Assembly (NCBI GenBank): GCA_963662265.2 | Contig: CAXXHA010000015.1 | Location: forward strand, 13,653 to 77,652 | From: Spirochaetia bacterium | Lineage (GTDB): Bacteria; Spirochaetota; Spirochaetia; CADAEX01 | Length of the DNA: 64,000 bases | Direction of reading: 5' to 3' | Shown here: piece after piece, positions 30,082 through 40,133 of the stretch | How positions within the stretch are numbered: the stretch's first letter is position 1 | Layout: each line of letters starts with the position of its first letter | The notes under the pieces: generated by a model | Seen by the model: the letters and a program-made list of their open reading frames with translations, nothing else | Told to the model about the DNA's origin: nothing | The model's database searches: none | Made by a program: the position numbers and the translations under genes

Positions 30082-30921
30082 TCAGCCGTAATTTGTCCTG
30101 AAATCTTCAATAAGTTTCCGGCTGATACTTCCGTGAGGAGGGATTTCAGGCATTTCATCCTTGCCGTACCAGTCTGCATGACCTATCTCAACATCATCGA
30201 CAATTATTTCACCTGATTCATGTTCTGCTGTAAACCCGAGCATAAGCGAATGTGGAAAAGGCCATCCCTGGCTTCCGAAATACTTTATATTTTTAACTCT
30301 TATACCCACTTCCTCGAAAATTTCCCGCCTTACTGTCTCTTCAAGCGACTCGCCTGCTTCGACAAATCCGGCAAGTATACTGTACCTGCTCCTTCTCGGG
30401 AATCTTTTATTCTGAGCCAGAAGAAGCTTCTGACCTTTTCTGACTGCGACAATAACAGCGGGGGAAATCACAGGGTAATGGATCTGGGAACATTCACTGC
30501 ATATTTTAGCCCTCTCAGTATCGGAGAATTTGAGTCTTCCGCCGCAAGAAGGGCAGAGCTTCCAGGTGGAATGCCAGTTCTTGATATGAAGGGCTCTGAG
30601 AGCGAGGGCAAAGAAATCTTCACCGGCAAAGGGAAGCCACTCCCTTATATTTCTGTATTCATGTTCTGCCATTCCGCAGCAGTTGTTAAGAGGTTCCTCT
30701 TCATCAGATGCTTCACAGACAAAAAGATTTTTACCGTCAAGCTTTCCGAGATAGATATCAGAGCCTTCCAGAATTTTAATACCGATTTCTTCAGGATGCC
30801 TGATAAGGGGAAGGCTGAAATTTTCATTGCCTCCCGGAAGGAGAAGACTGGCATTCCTGTAGACAAACCAGTATCCTTTCTCCTCTTTGCTGCTGCACAC
30901 TATTCCGCTTTCAAAAATCAT
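30082..30921 (-). CDS. nudC: NAD(H) diphosphatase
   Basis: CPSCG...CSEC Zn ribbon, AGFVEAGESLEETVRREIFEEVG, SQGWPFPHSLM. Confidence 0.93.
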   Translation of the reverse strand: MIFESGIVCSSKEEKGYWFVYRNASLLLPGGNENFSLPLIRHPEEIGIKILEGSDIYLGKLDGKNLFVCEASDEEEPLNNCCGMAEHEYRNIREWLPFAGEDFFALALRALHIKNWHSTWKLCPSCGGRLKFSDTERAKICSECSQIHYPVISPAVIVAVRKGQKLLLAQNKRFPRRSRYSILAGFVEAGESLEETVRREIFEEVGIRVKNIKYFGSQGWPFPHSLMLGFTAEHESGEIIVDDVEIGHADWYGKDEMPEIPPHGSISRKLIEDFRTNYG

Positions 30922-31181
30922 CTTAACCTCTTCTCCCCGGCAAAAGTATATCTTCCCTGCCGCTGCTGTTTTTTTATATTATTCAAAATTATTCACATAT
31001 GTATTTTATATATATGTGATTTCAGGCACACAGCTTTTTTACTGCTTTTAAAACATATCAGAAAATTACCGGAAAACCGGTAACTTGCAATAATACATAA
31101 TCAGTATTCCATCCGGTCATACAACCTGTATATCCCCGAAAAGACACTATTCGGGAACAGCAAAAAAATAACTGCTCCTTA

Positions 31182-32249
31182 TCAGCACTCCCGGCTTTTT
31201 TCCTTTTCAAGAACTGAAACCATTGCCTGAAGCACCTCGACAGCATCTCCTGTCACAGCCACATCAGCAATCTTCATGATAGGGGCATCAGGGTCCCTGT
31301 TGACTGCAACAATGTATTCACATGACTGCATACCTACAAGATGCTGTATCTGACCCGAAATTCCGCATGCAATATAACACTTAGCCTGTACAGTCTGGCC
31401 GGTCTGCCCTATCTGATATGAATAGGGGACCCAGCCTGCATCGACAGCGCCGCGGCTTGCAGCAGGGGCGCCTCCTGCAAGGGAAGCAAACTTTTCAAGA
31501 ACTTTGAAGTTCTCAGCATTCCCCATGCCCCTTCCTCCGGAAATTATAAATTCAGATTCCGCAATTGAATGGACAGATCCGGATCTCTTCTCAGAAGAGA
31601 GAATCTTCTTTAAAAGTGCATATTCAGAATCAACAGGTGCTTCAGTTGTTATTTCAGGACCTTTATATTCCGCACCATTATTCATCTTATCGATAATAAA
31701 ATTTTTCATCACTCCGGGCCTTACAGTTGCCATCTGCGGCCTGTGCTTCTCACTTTTGATAGTGGCAATTATGTTGCCGCCGAATGCCGGGCGGGTCTGA
31801 AGAAGGTTCCCGCTTCCCTTTTCAATATCAAGAGATGTACAGTCTGCAGTAAGACCTGCATCAGACAGGACTGCAACACGGGGAGCAAGAGACCTGCCGT
31901 GTGCGGTTGCAGAAAAAAGAACTGTCTCCGGTTTATACTTATCAATCAGCCGCTTTATAAGGGCGGATTCAGCCTCATCATGGAATCCTGAAAATTTCGT
32001 ATCATCAGCAACTATCACCCTGTCTGCATAGAAAAACTCACTGCTGTAATCGGCCTTTCCTCCGAGATCACCAGCAACAATAATCCAGAGTTCTGAGCCC
32101 CGTATATCTGCAAGCAGCCTCCCCTTTCCCGCAATCTCATGGGTAACAGGGTTTATTGCACAATTTCCTGAAACTCCCCTGCTGTCTGTTTCCGCGACAA
32201 CCCATATGTTCCTGTAACTGCTGTAATCTTCCGGATTAATTATTTTCAA
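31182..32249 (-). CDS. etfA: Electron transfer flavoprotein alpha subunit
   Basis: GLTADCT, TRPAFGGN, PQMATVRPG, ASRGAVDAGW, QIGQTG, GISGQIQHLVGM. Confidence 0.93.
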   Translation of the reverse strand: MKIINPEDYSSYRNIWVVAETDSRGVSGNCAINPVTHEIAGKGRLLADIRGSELWIIVAGDLGGKADYSSEFFYADRVIVADDTKFSGFHDEAESALIKRLIDKYKPETVLFSATAHGRSLAPRVAVLSDAGLTADCTSLDIEKGSGNLLQTRPAFGGNIIATIKSEKHRPQMATVRPGVMKNFIIDKMNNGAEYKGPEITTEAPVDSEYALLKKILSSEKRSGSVHSIAESEFIISGGRGMGNAENFKVLEKFASLAGGAPAASRGAVDAGWVPYSYQIGQTGQTVQAKCYIACGISGQIQHLVGMQSCEYIVAVNRDPDAPIMKIADVAVTGDAVEVLQAMVSVLEKEKSREC

Positions 32250-32269
32250 CTTAAAGACTCCTCAAATAG

Positions 32270-33058
32270 CTACTCAATTATCATTTTTTCCTTAAGAAAA
32301 TCCATTATCTTCAAAGATACAGTTTCTGTATCACCTTCAATCTTCATAATATTATTGTCCCTCGGGGGGGGGAGAGCTGTCTTTACAACCCTTGTAGGTG
32401 AACCGTCAAGACCTATAAGTGATTCATCACAGTCAATTGAATCAAAATCCCATATATCAATATTCCTGTTTCTTGCGGCAAGCATCCCTTTGAGTGTTTT
32501 AAGACGAGGCTTATTAATATCTTTCACAACAGTTATTACAGCCGGCATTTCAAGGACAACCCGGTCGCTGCCATGCTCATCCATCCTCTCTGCAGTAAAA
32601 ATCCCATCTTTCTCATCAAGAGAAGAAACATACGCCGCCTGGCTCCATCCAAGGTGAGCAGCTATACCGGGACCTACCTGTGCAGTATCTCCGTCAATAG
32701 CCTGCTTTCCGCAGATAACAAGATCAACACTGCCGATTTTCCTGACAGCTTCTGAAAGGATGTAACTTGTAGACCATGTATCAGAACCTCCGAACTTCCT
32801 GTCGGAAAGAAGGATTGCCCTGTCGGCGGAAAGAGAAAGAGCATCTTTAAGTATTTTCCCGGCCTTTGAAGGCCCCATGGAAAGAGCTGTAACAGTACCA
32901 CCGAATTTTTCCCTCAGGAGAAGAGCCTCTTCAAGCGCATATGAATCATATGGATTTATTACAGATTCAATCCCCTCTCTTTTCAGCCTCTTGGTTACTG
33001 GATCAATGGATCCGCTGCTCCCAGCCGGGACCTGTTTCATGCAGACAACTATATTCAT
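32270..33058 (-). CDS. etfB: Electron transfer flavoprotein beta subunit
   Basis: VCMKQVP, NPYDSYALEEAL, FGGSDTWST, CGKQAIDGDTAQVGPG, GLDGSPT. Confidence 0.93.
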   Translation of the reverse strand: MNIVVCMKQVPAGSSGSIDPVTKRLKREGIESVINPYDSYALEEALLLREKFGGTVTALSMGPSKAGKILKDALSLSADRAILLSDRKFGGSDTWSTSYILSEAVRKIGSVDLVICGKQAIDGDTAQVGPGIAAHLGWSQAAYVSSLDEKDGIFTAERMDEHGSDRVVLEMPAVITVVKDINKPRLKTLKGMLAARNRNIDIWDFDSIDCDESLIGLDGSPTRVVKTALPPPRDNNIMKIEGDTETVSLKIMDFLKEKMIIE

Positions 33059-33336
33059 GGGTCAATAATAATGTTATTGGATTTTTATCTCAAGGAGTCT
33101 GGATGTAAATAGGAATTAATATTGGCTTTTTCAAGTTCAATGCTGTGATACAAATCCTGCTGCCTGATAATAAAATGGAAGGGATATTACAGATTTAATC
33201 AGTAAGAAAACGGCAGGAAATTTAATAAAAATTTAAGCAGAGAGAATATCCAGAAGAAAATAATTATTGATAAACAGGGGAACTTGCAATAAAGAACCTG
33301 TTTTACCATCTGCTGAGGCGGTTTTTAAGCTGTTTA

Positions 33337-34446
33337 TCAAAGATACTGCTTGTAATCAAATTTCCCGGGAATAAACAGATCACTCACGCAGTCTATAGCA
33401 TAGTCATCAGTCATCCCCGCAATATAGTCAAGAACAATATTTGCATTTGATTTTTCCTTTTCAGTGTAAAAATCCTTCATTTTAAAAAGAAAATCCCCAA
33501 AACGGTCCATCAGCATATTCTTCTCATCTTTATACCGGTCAGTATCAAAGCCATACTTGTCAAAGGTTTCTGAAAGATAATTCCACAGAGTCCTGATAAT
33601 TCTTTCTATAAACTGGTGATACTTTATAAGCGGATTGCTGTTATAGATATTGGCATAATTGAATTTCTTGAGTGTAAGCATTGCCTCATAGACATCATCT
33701 GAAAAACCGACAATCCCCTCTTTTTCCGCAAACGCTATGACATCCCTTACAAGGGTATCAATCATCTCGCTGTTTCTTTTGCCCAGAACTCTGGTAACAA
33801 CAGGTGGAATATCTTCCCGTTTTACAATCTTCAGATGTATGGCATCTTCAAGATCCCTTCCAAGGTATGCAATCCTGTCGCTCGCCCTTACAACAATACC
33901 TTCCCATGTTGAAGGATAATTCATCCTCCCCTCAAGATAGGATAATTTCTTGACCTTGAAATCAGGTTCATAAACCTTTTCAAAGACCTCTCCACAGTGA
34001 TTGAGAATACCATCCCTTACCGCATATGTAAGGTTAAGCCCCCTGCCGTAGTTTATGAGACTGTCAACAACCCGGAGGGAATACCCCTCATGCCTGAAAC
34101 CTCCCTGATCTGCCATGATTTCAGATACTATATGCTCACCTGTATGGCCGAAAGGGGTGTGCCCTAGATCATGCCCGAGGCTTATTGCCCATGCAAGGTC
34201 AGGGTCAAGAGAAAGAGCCTTGCAGATTGTCACAGACACTGTTGCCACATGCATTACATGCTCAATTCTTGTGCAGATATGGTCATTTTTTGGGGAAAAG
34301 AAGACCTGGGTCTTATGCTTGAGTCTCCTGTAGGGATAGGAGTGTATAATTGCAGTGATATCCCTGAAGAAATACCCCCTCATATCCTCAGTCCTGGGAT
34401 ATTCCCTTCTTACAAGTTCATCCATTGAGAGTCTGTTTTCAAGCAT
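33337..34446 (-). CDS. dgt: dGTP triphosphohydrolase-like HD-domain protein
   Basis: RRLKHKTQVF, TRIEH, GHDLGHTPFGH, DRIAY, DYIAGMTD. Confidence 0.88.
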   Translation of the reverse strand: MLENRLSMDELVRREYPRTEDMRGYFFRDITAIIHSYPYRRLKHKTQVFFSPKNDHICTRIEHVMHVATVSVTICKALSLDPDLAWAISLGHDLGHTPFGHTGEHIVSEIMADQGGFRHEGYSLRVVDSLINYGRGLNLTYAVRDGILNHCGEVFEKVYEPDFKVKKLSYLEGRMNYPSTWEGIVVRASDRIAYLGRDLEDAIHLKIVKREDIPPVVTRVLGKRNSEMIDTLVRDVIAFAEKEGIVGFSDDVYEAMLTLKKFNYANIYNSNPLIKYHQFIERIIRTLWNYLSETFDKYGFDTDRYKDEKNMLMDRFGDFLFKMKDFYTEKEKSNANIVLDYIAGMTDDYAIDCVSDLFIPGKFDYKQYL

Positions 34447-34727
34447 ATTACTATCCCCCTGTTATAATAAAATATAACACATATACTGCGACATCTGAAA
34501 TTTAAATAGGTTTTAAAAATATCTACCTGATATAACATAATTCATACTTTGCAACTTCAGATATTAAGAATGATTATATATCATAAATGTATTAAGCTTA
34601 TTTAACTGATAAAATACAGCTGAAATAGATATTATGACTTTTGTATTCAGATAAGAAAAAAGGTATTCCGCATGAATTCACACAGAATACCCTTTTATAT
34701 ATCAGTTTTTAATTGTCTTTTTTCAGT

Positions 34728-35816
34728 TTAGAGAGTAAGCGCTCCTGTTATACCGATGTTATTGGCAAACCCTGTTCCGTCGAAGTAGTATGTGAACGGT
34801 ATATCAATCTTAAGCGGGCCGAGAGCGAAGCCTAGTCCAAACATTGCCCTGAGCTTGATAAAGTCAACGCTGCCTGAGCCTTCGTCGATAGCTACTTTTA
34901 CTGAGCCAGGAGTAGTTTCTACAGTACCTGGTAATGCTGGATTAATATTAGTAATATAAGTATTTCCATCAGCACTCAATGCAATTTCAGAACTGCTTGC
35001 AAGATTAAGATCAGCACCGAGACCGAAGTTGAGGTTTGCTATCCAGAGAAGCCTGATACCGGATAAAATATCAATCGGCATCTTGAGCCCGCTGGATGTG
35101 ATTTCAGCATTAAGAGTCGGATCAAGTACAAGTGTAGCATCTCCGGGATTAACAATTGTGATAGAAGATTTTTGCTCAGGAACATCAATTGTCATATCAG
35201 CAGTTGAATTGTAATAGATAAAACCAGATCCAACCTGAAGACCTCTCCACTTGATAACGCCTATAGAAAAAGGATCTACAAGCTGGTAGTTTGCAAGGAG
35301 TCCGAAGTTGAATGAATCATATTTTATATCATCTGTATCTACACTGAATTTACCAACCTTCGCAGAAAGGAAAAGCCCATCAAGGAGAAAGCTTGAATTA
35401 AGCCCCACACTAAGAGTAAGCGCCTGGAGTCCTGCCCCAAAATATGTATCTCCCTCACTTTCAAGCTGGGATACATAATCTCCTATTGCATCAAGACTTG
35501 AACCGGGAGCCTGAAAACCAACCATTGTACCAACAGCAATGGTAAGGAATTTGTATCCCATAAGCCCTCTCTGGTTGGCACCGTCTGCAGCGTAGGATGC
35601 AGCATTGCCGAAAGCTTCTGCCGCCTTATCCATGTTATCAAATTTTGAGAGATCTGTTTCTGCCTGAGTAATAAGTGGTGTAAGAAGCGCATCTATTCCA
35701 GCAACGGGTGTACTATTATAAGTCAGTGTTGGAGCTGTAGCAGTCACATCCGCAGCAAATACACCGGCTGAACCTATAAACAGAAGAGCCATTAAAATAA
35801 TTAAAAACCTTTTCAT
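34728..35816 (-). CDS. Exported/outer-membrane protein, Lsa36-like
   Basis: Start reassigned to ATG 35816 after GGAGG; signal peptide; amphipathic beta-strand pattern; W-x-G-L-x-V-G-S-G motif. Confidence 0.55.
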   Translation of the reverse strand: MKRFLIILMALLFIGSAGVFAADVTATAPTLTYNSTPVAGIDALLTPLITQAETDLSKFDNMDKAAEAFGNAASYAADGANQRGLMGYKFLTIAVGTMVGFQAPGSSLDAIGDYVSQLESEGDTYFGAGLQALTLSVGLNSSFLLDGLFLSAKVGKFSVDTDDIKYDSFNFGLLANYQLVDPFSIGVIKWRGLQVGSGFIYYNSTADMTIDVPEQKSSITIVNPGDATLVLDPTLNAEITSSGLKMPIDILSGIRLLWIANLNFGLGADLNLASSSEIALSADGNTYITNINPALPGTVETTPGSVKVAIDEGSGSVDFIKLRAMFGLGFALGPLKIDIPFTYYFDGTGFANNIGITGALTL

Positions 35817-36128
35817 TATAAAATCCTCCAAATAAAGATGAGGCATAATGCCTCACGATTTCAGTGAAAACAAGTGACAGAACCAGCAATATGCACCTGT
35901 ATGTCTAATAATAAGGTATTATACCCTATAAAACAAATTTTTCCACATTTAGTTACGTGAAAGATGCTTTTGAACCGGCTTTTTTTGTGCGGTGATATTG
36001 AAACAGGGTCGATAATATATATACTGATTGCATATCTGCCGGGAAATCAGCATTTTAATCAAATCACTGAAAACGGCAGGAACAGATGTCAGTGCCTTTT
36101 TATATTATAATTTGAAACGGAGTGCAGT

Positions 36129-36920
36129 ATGAAGTGCGGATTTTATCAGTTTAATCCAGAGTTCGGAAACCCGGAAAAAAACCTTGAAACTATAATTAAT
36201 ACACTTTCCGGTGTCGATACAGACCTTGCAGTTCTTCCCGAACTCTGCCTTTCAGGCTACCTTTTTCTCGAAAAAGAGGAAGTCAGGAAGATGTCAGAAC
36301 CGGTTCCAGGCCCTTCAACTGAAAAACTTTCTATACTCTCAAAGAAAAAAGATATGGCTATTGTCATCGGCATGGCAGAAGAGGATAACGGGGAATACTA
36401 CAACAGTGCTGTACTGATCACTCCTGACGGAGATATTCACTCATACAGGAAAAACCACCTGTTTCATGAGGAAAAGCTTTTCTTCAAAAAAGGAAACAAC
36501 GGATTTCCGGTATTTCATGTAAAAGGTGTAAAGGTTGGTCTTCTTGTATGTTTCGACCACATGTTTCCTGAATCTGCAAGAACACTTGCCCTTCAGGGTG
36601 CGGAAATAATCTGCCACCCCTCCAACCTGGTACTCACAGGCAAGGCACAGATTACTACAAGGTCAAGAAGCATTGAAAACAAGGTATTCTGGATCCTGGC
36701 AAACAGGTGCGGAACAGAAAACAGGGGAGAAAAGTCACTCTCCTATTCAGGGTGCAGCCAGATTTCTGATCCTGACGGAAGGATAATGATTCAGGCGGGG
36801 GAATTTGAAGAGGGATTCTACTGTGTTGAAATTAATCCTGAACTTGCAAGAAACAAACAGATAACTGCTCTCTGCGATGTATTCAAGGACAGAAGGACAG
36901 ATATCTACCTCCTGCAGTAA
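36129..36920 (+). CDS. Carbon-nitrogen hydrolase (nitrilase superfamily)
   Basis: LPEL, YRKNHL and VCFDHMFPE (Glu-Lys-Cys triad). Confidence 0.9.
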   Translation: MKCGFYQFNPEFGNPEKNLETIINTLSGVDTDLAVLPELCLSGYLFLEKEEVRKMSEPVPGPSTEKLSILSKKKDMAIVIGMAEEDNGEYYNSAVLITPDGDIHSYRKNHLFHEEKLFFKKGNNGFPVFHVKGVKVGLLVCFDHMFPESARTLALQGAEIICHPSNLVLTGKAQITTRSRSIENKVFWILANRCGTENRGEKSLSYSGCSQISDPDGRIMIQAGEFEEGFYCVEINPELARNKQITALCDVFKDRRTDIYLLQ

Positions 36921-37169
36921 ATACCGGTAATTATCCGCCGATACTGCAGAAAAACTGTTTAAAGATTTCTTCAGACCAGAGATATCAGTAAAAATTGACA
37001 AACACATCTTATTCCATGCAAATAATCTGCATAGTTATCAAATTATAATGTTTAATAATTTCTGGTAAAATGCTATAAATAAGCAGTTTTCAGCTTGAGA
37101 AAATATAAACATATACTACTTTTTTCTGCATTCAGATATTTTACGGCAGAAACAGTATGGAGAATATTC

Positions 37170-37793
37170 ATGGAAAAATACAAGGCAGTACTTTTAATAG
37201 GAGCAACCGGCACCGGGAAAACACCGTTCGGGCAGCAGCTTGAGACACAGAACCTCTGGGGAAAGAGGTATCATCATTTTGATTTCGGGCAGCAGCTGAG
37301 ATATGCAGCTGAAGGAAGACATAAAATTCTGTCAGAGGAAGATGTTGACAGGATCAGTTCACTGCTGAAGACAAACTCTCTTCTTGAAGACAGTGATTTC
37401 CATATTGCTGAAAAACTGCTGAAACAGTTTGTGGAGAATAATACTGTATCTCCGGAAAACGATGTAATTATTCTAAACGGCCTGCCAAGGCATACAGGTC
37501 AGGCAGATGCTCTTGCATCAATTATTGATATCCACCTGGTTATTTATTTTGCAGCTTCAGCTTCAATTATTAAAGACAGGATCGCTTATAATTCCGGAGG
37601 AGACCGGACTGACAGAACAGATGATTCTATAGAAGAAATTGAAAACAAACTTGTAATATTCAGGGAAAATACGCTTCCTCTTATAAGTTATTATAAAAAT
37701 TATGATAAGACTGTTCTTGAAATTGAGGTTGATATAGATACAATTCCTCTTTTTATTATTCAGGAACTCAAATCAATGCCGCCTCTTATCTAG
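37170..37793 (+). CDS. Adenylate kinase-like nucleoside monophosphate kinase
   Basis: P-loop GATGTGKT, DFGQQLR, LNGLPR...QA, RTDD; start reassigned to ATG 37170. Confidence 0.75.
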   Translation: MEKYKAVLLIGATGTGKTPFGQQLETQNLWGKRYHHFDFGQQLRYAAEGRHKILSEEDVDRISSLLKTNSLLEDSDFHIAEKLLKQFVENNTVSPENDVIILNGLPRHTGQADALASIIDIHLVIYFAASASIIKDRIAYNSGGDRTDRTDDSIEEIENKLVIFRENTLPLISYYKNYDKTVLEIEVDIDTIPLFIIQELKSMPPLI

Positions 37794-38044
37794 CAGATAA
37801 TTACTCTGATTAAATAAACCGCCTTTTACACAGGGCGGTTTTTTATTACAAAAATGTTTCAGCTGCTACCTGTCTAATTACTTATTATTCGACACTAATT
37901 TCATGACCCGGATAAAATAATTGATATAAATTCAAGTGGTTTTATCAGAAAAAATACTGCTTAATTTTCTTTAATACCTGAAGGAATAAAAGTCTATTGT
38001 AAACCGGACATTTATTCTTTTTTAAATATGTCAGGAATATAAAA

Positions 38045-38573
38045 TTATCTCATACTGAACTCGCAGCCGCAGTATCCCTGCCTGTAAAGATCATATTCCC
38101 TGGAAAGCTCTATACTTCTCTTGAACCCCTCTTTTTTCTTGAAATCATAGGGGAGAAAACCCGGGTACTGAGATCCTTTTTCAAAAATTATTTTTGATAT
38201 TTTATGAGGACTTATAGTCAGAGTTGTGGTGAAATTTTCTATTTCAAGAGTTTTTTGCCATGGCAGCTGTACGGGAAAGAGCATAATTGAAACAGATGCT
38301 GCACCGCTTCCCTTTTTCAGGTTCATTCTCATAGCCGCTGACAACACTGAGCCATCTGGAATGATCATAATCATCAACAAATATGGGTATGTTATATACT
38401 GCAGAAAGCTTTTTTACAGATTCAAGCCTCTTTTCAAATTCAGCTTCAGTATTAATGTTGGAATTACTAAAAAAAAGGGTTACTTCCTTTTCTTCAAGAA
38501 GTAACCTTTCTATTGATGCTGAACCGCATGGCGCACAGCAGATATGAAGAAGTATCTTTTCCCTGCTACTCAC
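38045..38573 (-). pseudogene. queH: Epoxyqueuosine reductase QueH, split by a +1 frameshift (or sequencing error)
   Basis: LLHICCAPC and RCSICF in one frame; FTTTLTISPHK...YRQGYCGCEFS in another; joined by removing one base from the T6 run at 38251-38256. Confidence 0.85.
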
Positions 38574-38781
38574 AGCGATCCGCTATTTCCGCCCAGTACT
38601 GTTCTTTTTTTTCAACAAAATTATATGAACCATCTTCAGCTTCAAATTTATCCTGAATTTCACGGTCAGCTTCATGTTTGCATTTTTTACAGATATGTTT
38701 ATCTTTTACTGTAAAATAATTTTTCCCGTGGTCAGGACTATTTATCATTTTCTTACACATATCGCATGATATATACTGCAT
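38566..38781 (-). CDS. Small Zn-ribbon hypothetical protein
   Basis: CDMC...CKKC; RBS GAGG; overlaps the queH start. Confidence 0.7.
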   Translation of the reverse strand: MQYISCDMCKKMINSPDHGKNYFTVKDKHICKKCKHEADREIQDKFEAEDGSYNFVEKKEQYWAEIADRCE

Positions 38782-38960
38782 AACTTACTACCTCTTAAAG
38801 TAAATATTATATCATCAGCGATTTATTGTCGATAATTTTTTTAACTTAAATCTGATATAATTTATTATACGGGAAATATTTTCCTTATATTTTATACAGG
38901 TACATTATCATAAAGAGATGTATAATAAAGACTGAACAGCAGATATAAAACTCAAGGGAC

Positions 38961-40043
38961 ATGATGATAATAAACAGCGGAAAAACATATATTATTGCAG
39001 AGGCGGGAACTTCACACGGCGGGGATATAAGAAAAGGGTACGAGCTTATTGAAAAGGCAAAGGAGGCAGGAGCCGACTGTGTGAAATTCCAGATTGTGTT
39101 CGCGGATGAGATAATTCATCCCGATTCAGGTCTTGTTGATCTTCCGAACGGAAAAACAGCTCTTTTTGATGTATTCAGGGGACTTGAAGAGGATTATACA
39201 TTTTACTGGAACCTGAAAAACCACTGCATTAAAACAGGAATAGATTTCCTTGCAACACCGTTCGGTCTTAAAAGCGCATCACTCTTGAAAAAGCTTAACC
39301 CGGATGCTGTAAAAATCGCATCCCCGGAGCTCAACCACTACCCGCTTTTGCAGGAAATATCATCATGGAACTGCCCTGTTATTCTCTCAACCGGTGTATC
39401 AACAGTTTCTGATATAGAAAAAGCGCTTTCAATCACAGGCACAGAATCATACCTTCTTCACTGCATAACAAGCTACCCTGCCCCGGAGGAGGAATACAAC
39501 CTGAAGCTGATAAAATCACTTTCCGCCCTGTTCGGAGTAAAAACCGGCATATCAGATCATTCGAAAGATCCTCTTCTGGTTCCTGTGCTTTCGACTGTAA
39601 TGGGCAGCAGGATTATTGAAAAACATATAACACTATCAAACACTACAGACGGCCTTGATGACAAAATCGCTCTCGATGGTGAGAATTTCAGAATAATGAC
39701 AGAAGGGATAAGAGAGGCTGAACAATCAGGGTCTGATCATGCATTAAAAAAGCTTGAAAGAATCTACGGAAAGGAAAAGATTGATAGAGTATCAGGAACA
39801 GGCGTAAAGAAGCTTGCAGATTCTGAATCAGAAAACTACAGAACAACAAACAGGTCGCTTATTACAGTCAGGGAAATAAGGAAGGGGGATGTTTTTGATA
39901 CAGAAAATACAGCTCTTCTCAGAAGTGAAAAAAATATTACACCCGGTCTTCCGCCGGATTTTTATGAATTGATTCTAGGAAAAAAAGCAGTTTCCGATAT
40001 AAGATCAGGAACCGGTATTGATTTCAGCCACTTTATTCCATGA
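38961..40043 (+). CDS. N-acetylneuraminate synthase family (NeuB/PseI-like) protein with SAF domain
   Basis: IIAEAGTSHGG, GADCVKFQ, KIASPEL, LSTG, LHCITSYP, GISDH, IEKH. Confidence 0.9.
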   Translation: MMIINSGKTYIIAEAGTSHGGDIRKGYELIEKAKEAGADCVKFQIVFADEIIHPDSGLVDLPNGKTALFDVFRGLEEDYTFYWNLKNHCIKTGIDFLATPFGLKSASLLKKLNPDAVKIASPELNHYPLLQEISSWNCPVILSTGVSTVSDIEKALSITGTESYLLHCITSYPAPEEEYNLKLIKSLSALFGVKTGISDHSKDPLLVPVLSTVMGSRIIEKHITLSNTTDGLDDKIALDGENFRIMTEGIREAEQSGSDHALKKLERIYGKEKIDRVSGTGVKKLADSESENYRTTNRSLITVREIRKGDVFDTENTALLRSEKNITPGLPPDFYELILGKKAVSDIRSGTGIDFSHFIP

Positions 40044-40133
40044 TCATTGAGTGAATAGTTAAACCGCAGAAGCCTTAATTACCAGATTAATATGAAAGCG
40101 CGAAATATTTAATGCTGTTATTCCATATGCCTT

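Noticed and set aside
30220-31083. 287-aa plus-strand ORF
   Set aside because: Antisense to nudC; no recognisable domain or RBS.
38244-38256. TGA in queH (and at 49705 in the permease) as selenocysteine or read-through
   Set aside because: Homology continues in a different frame, so these are indels, not stop recoding.
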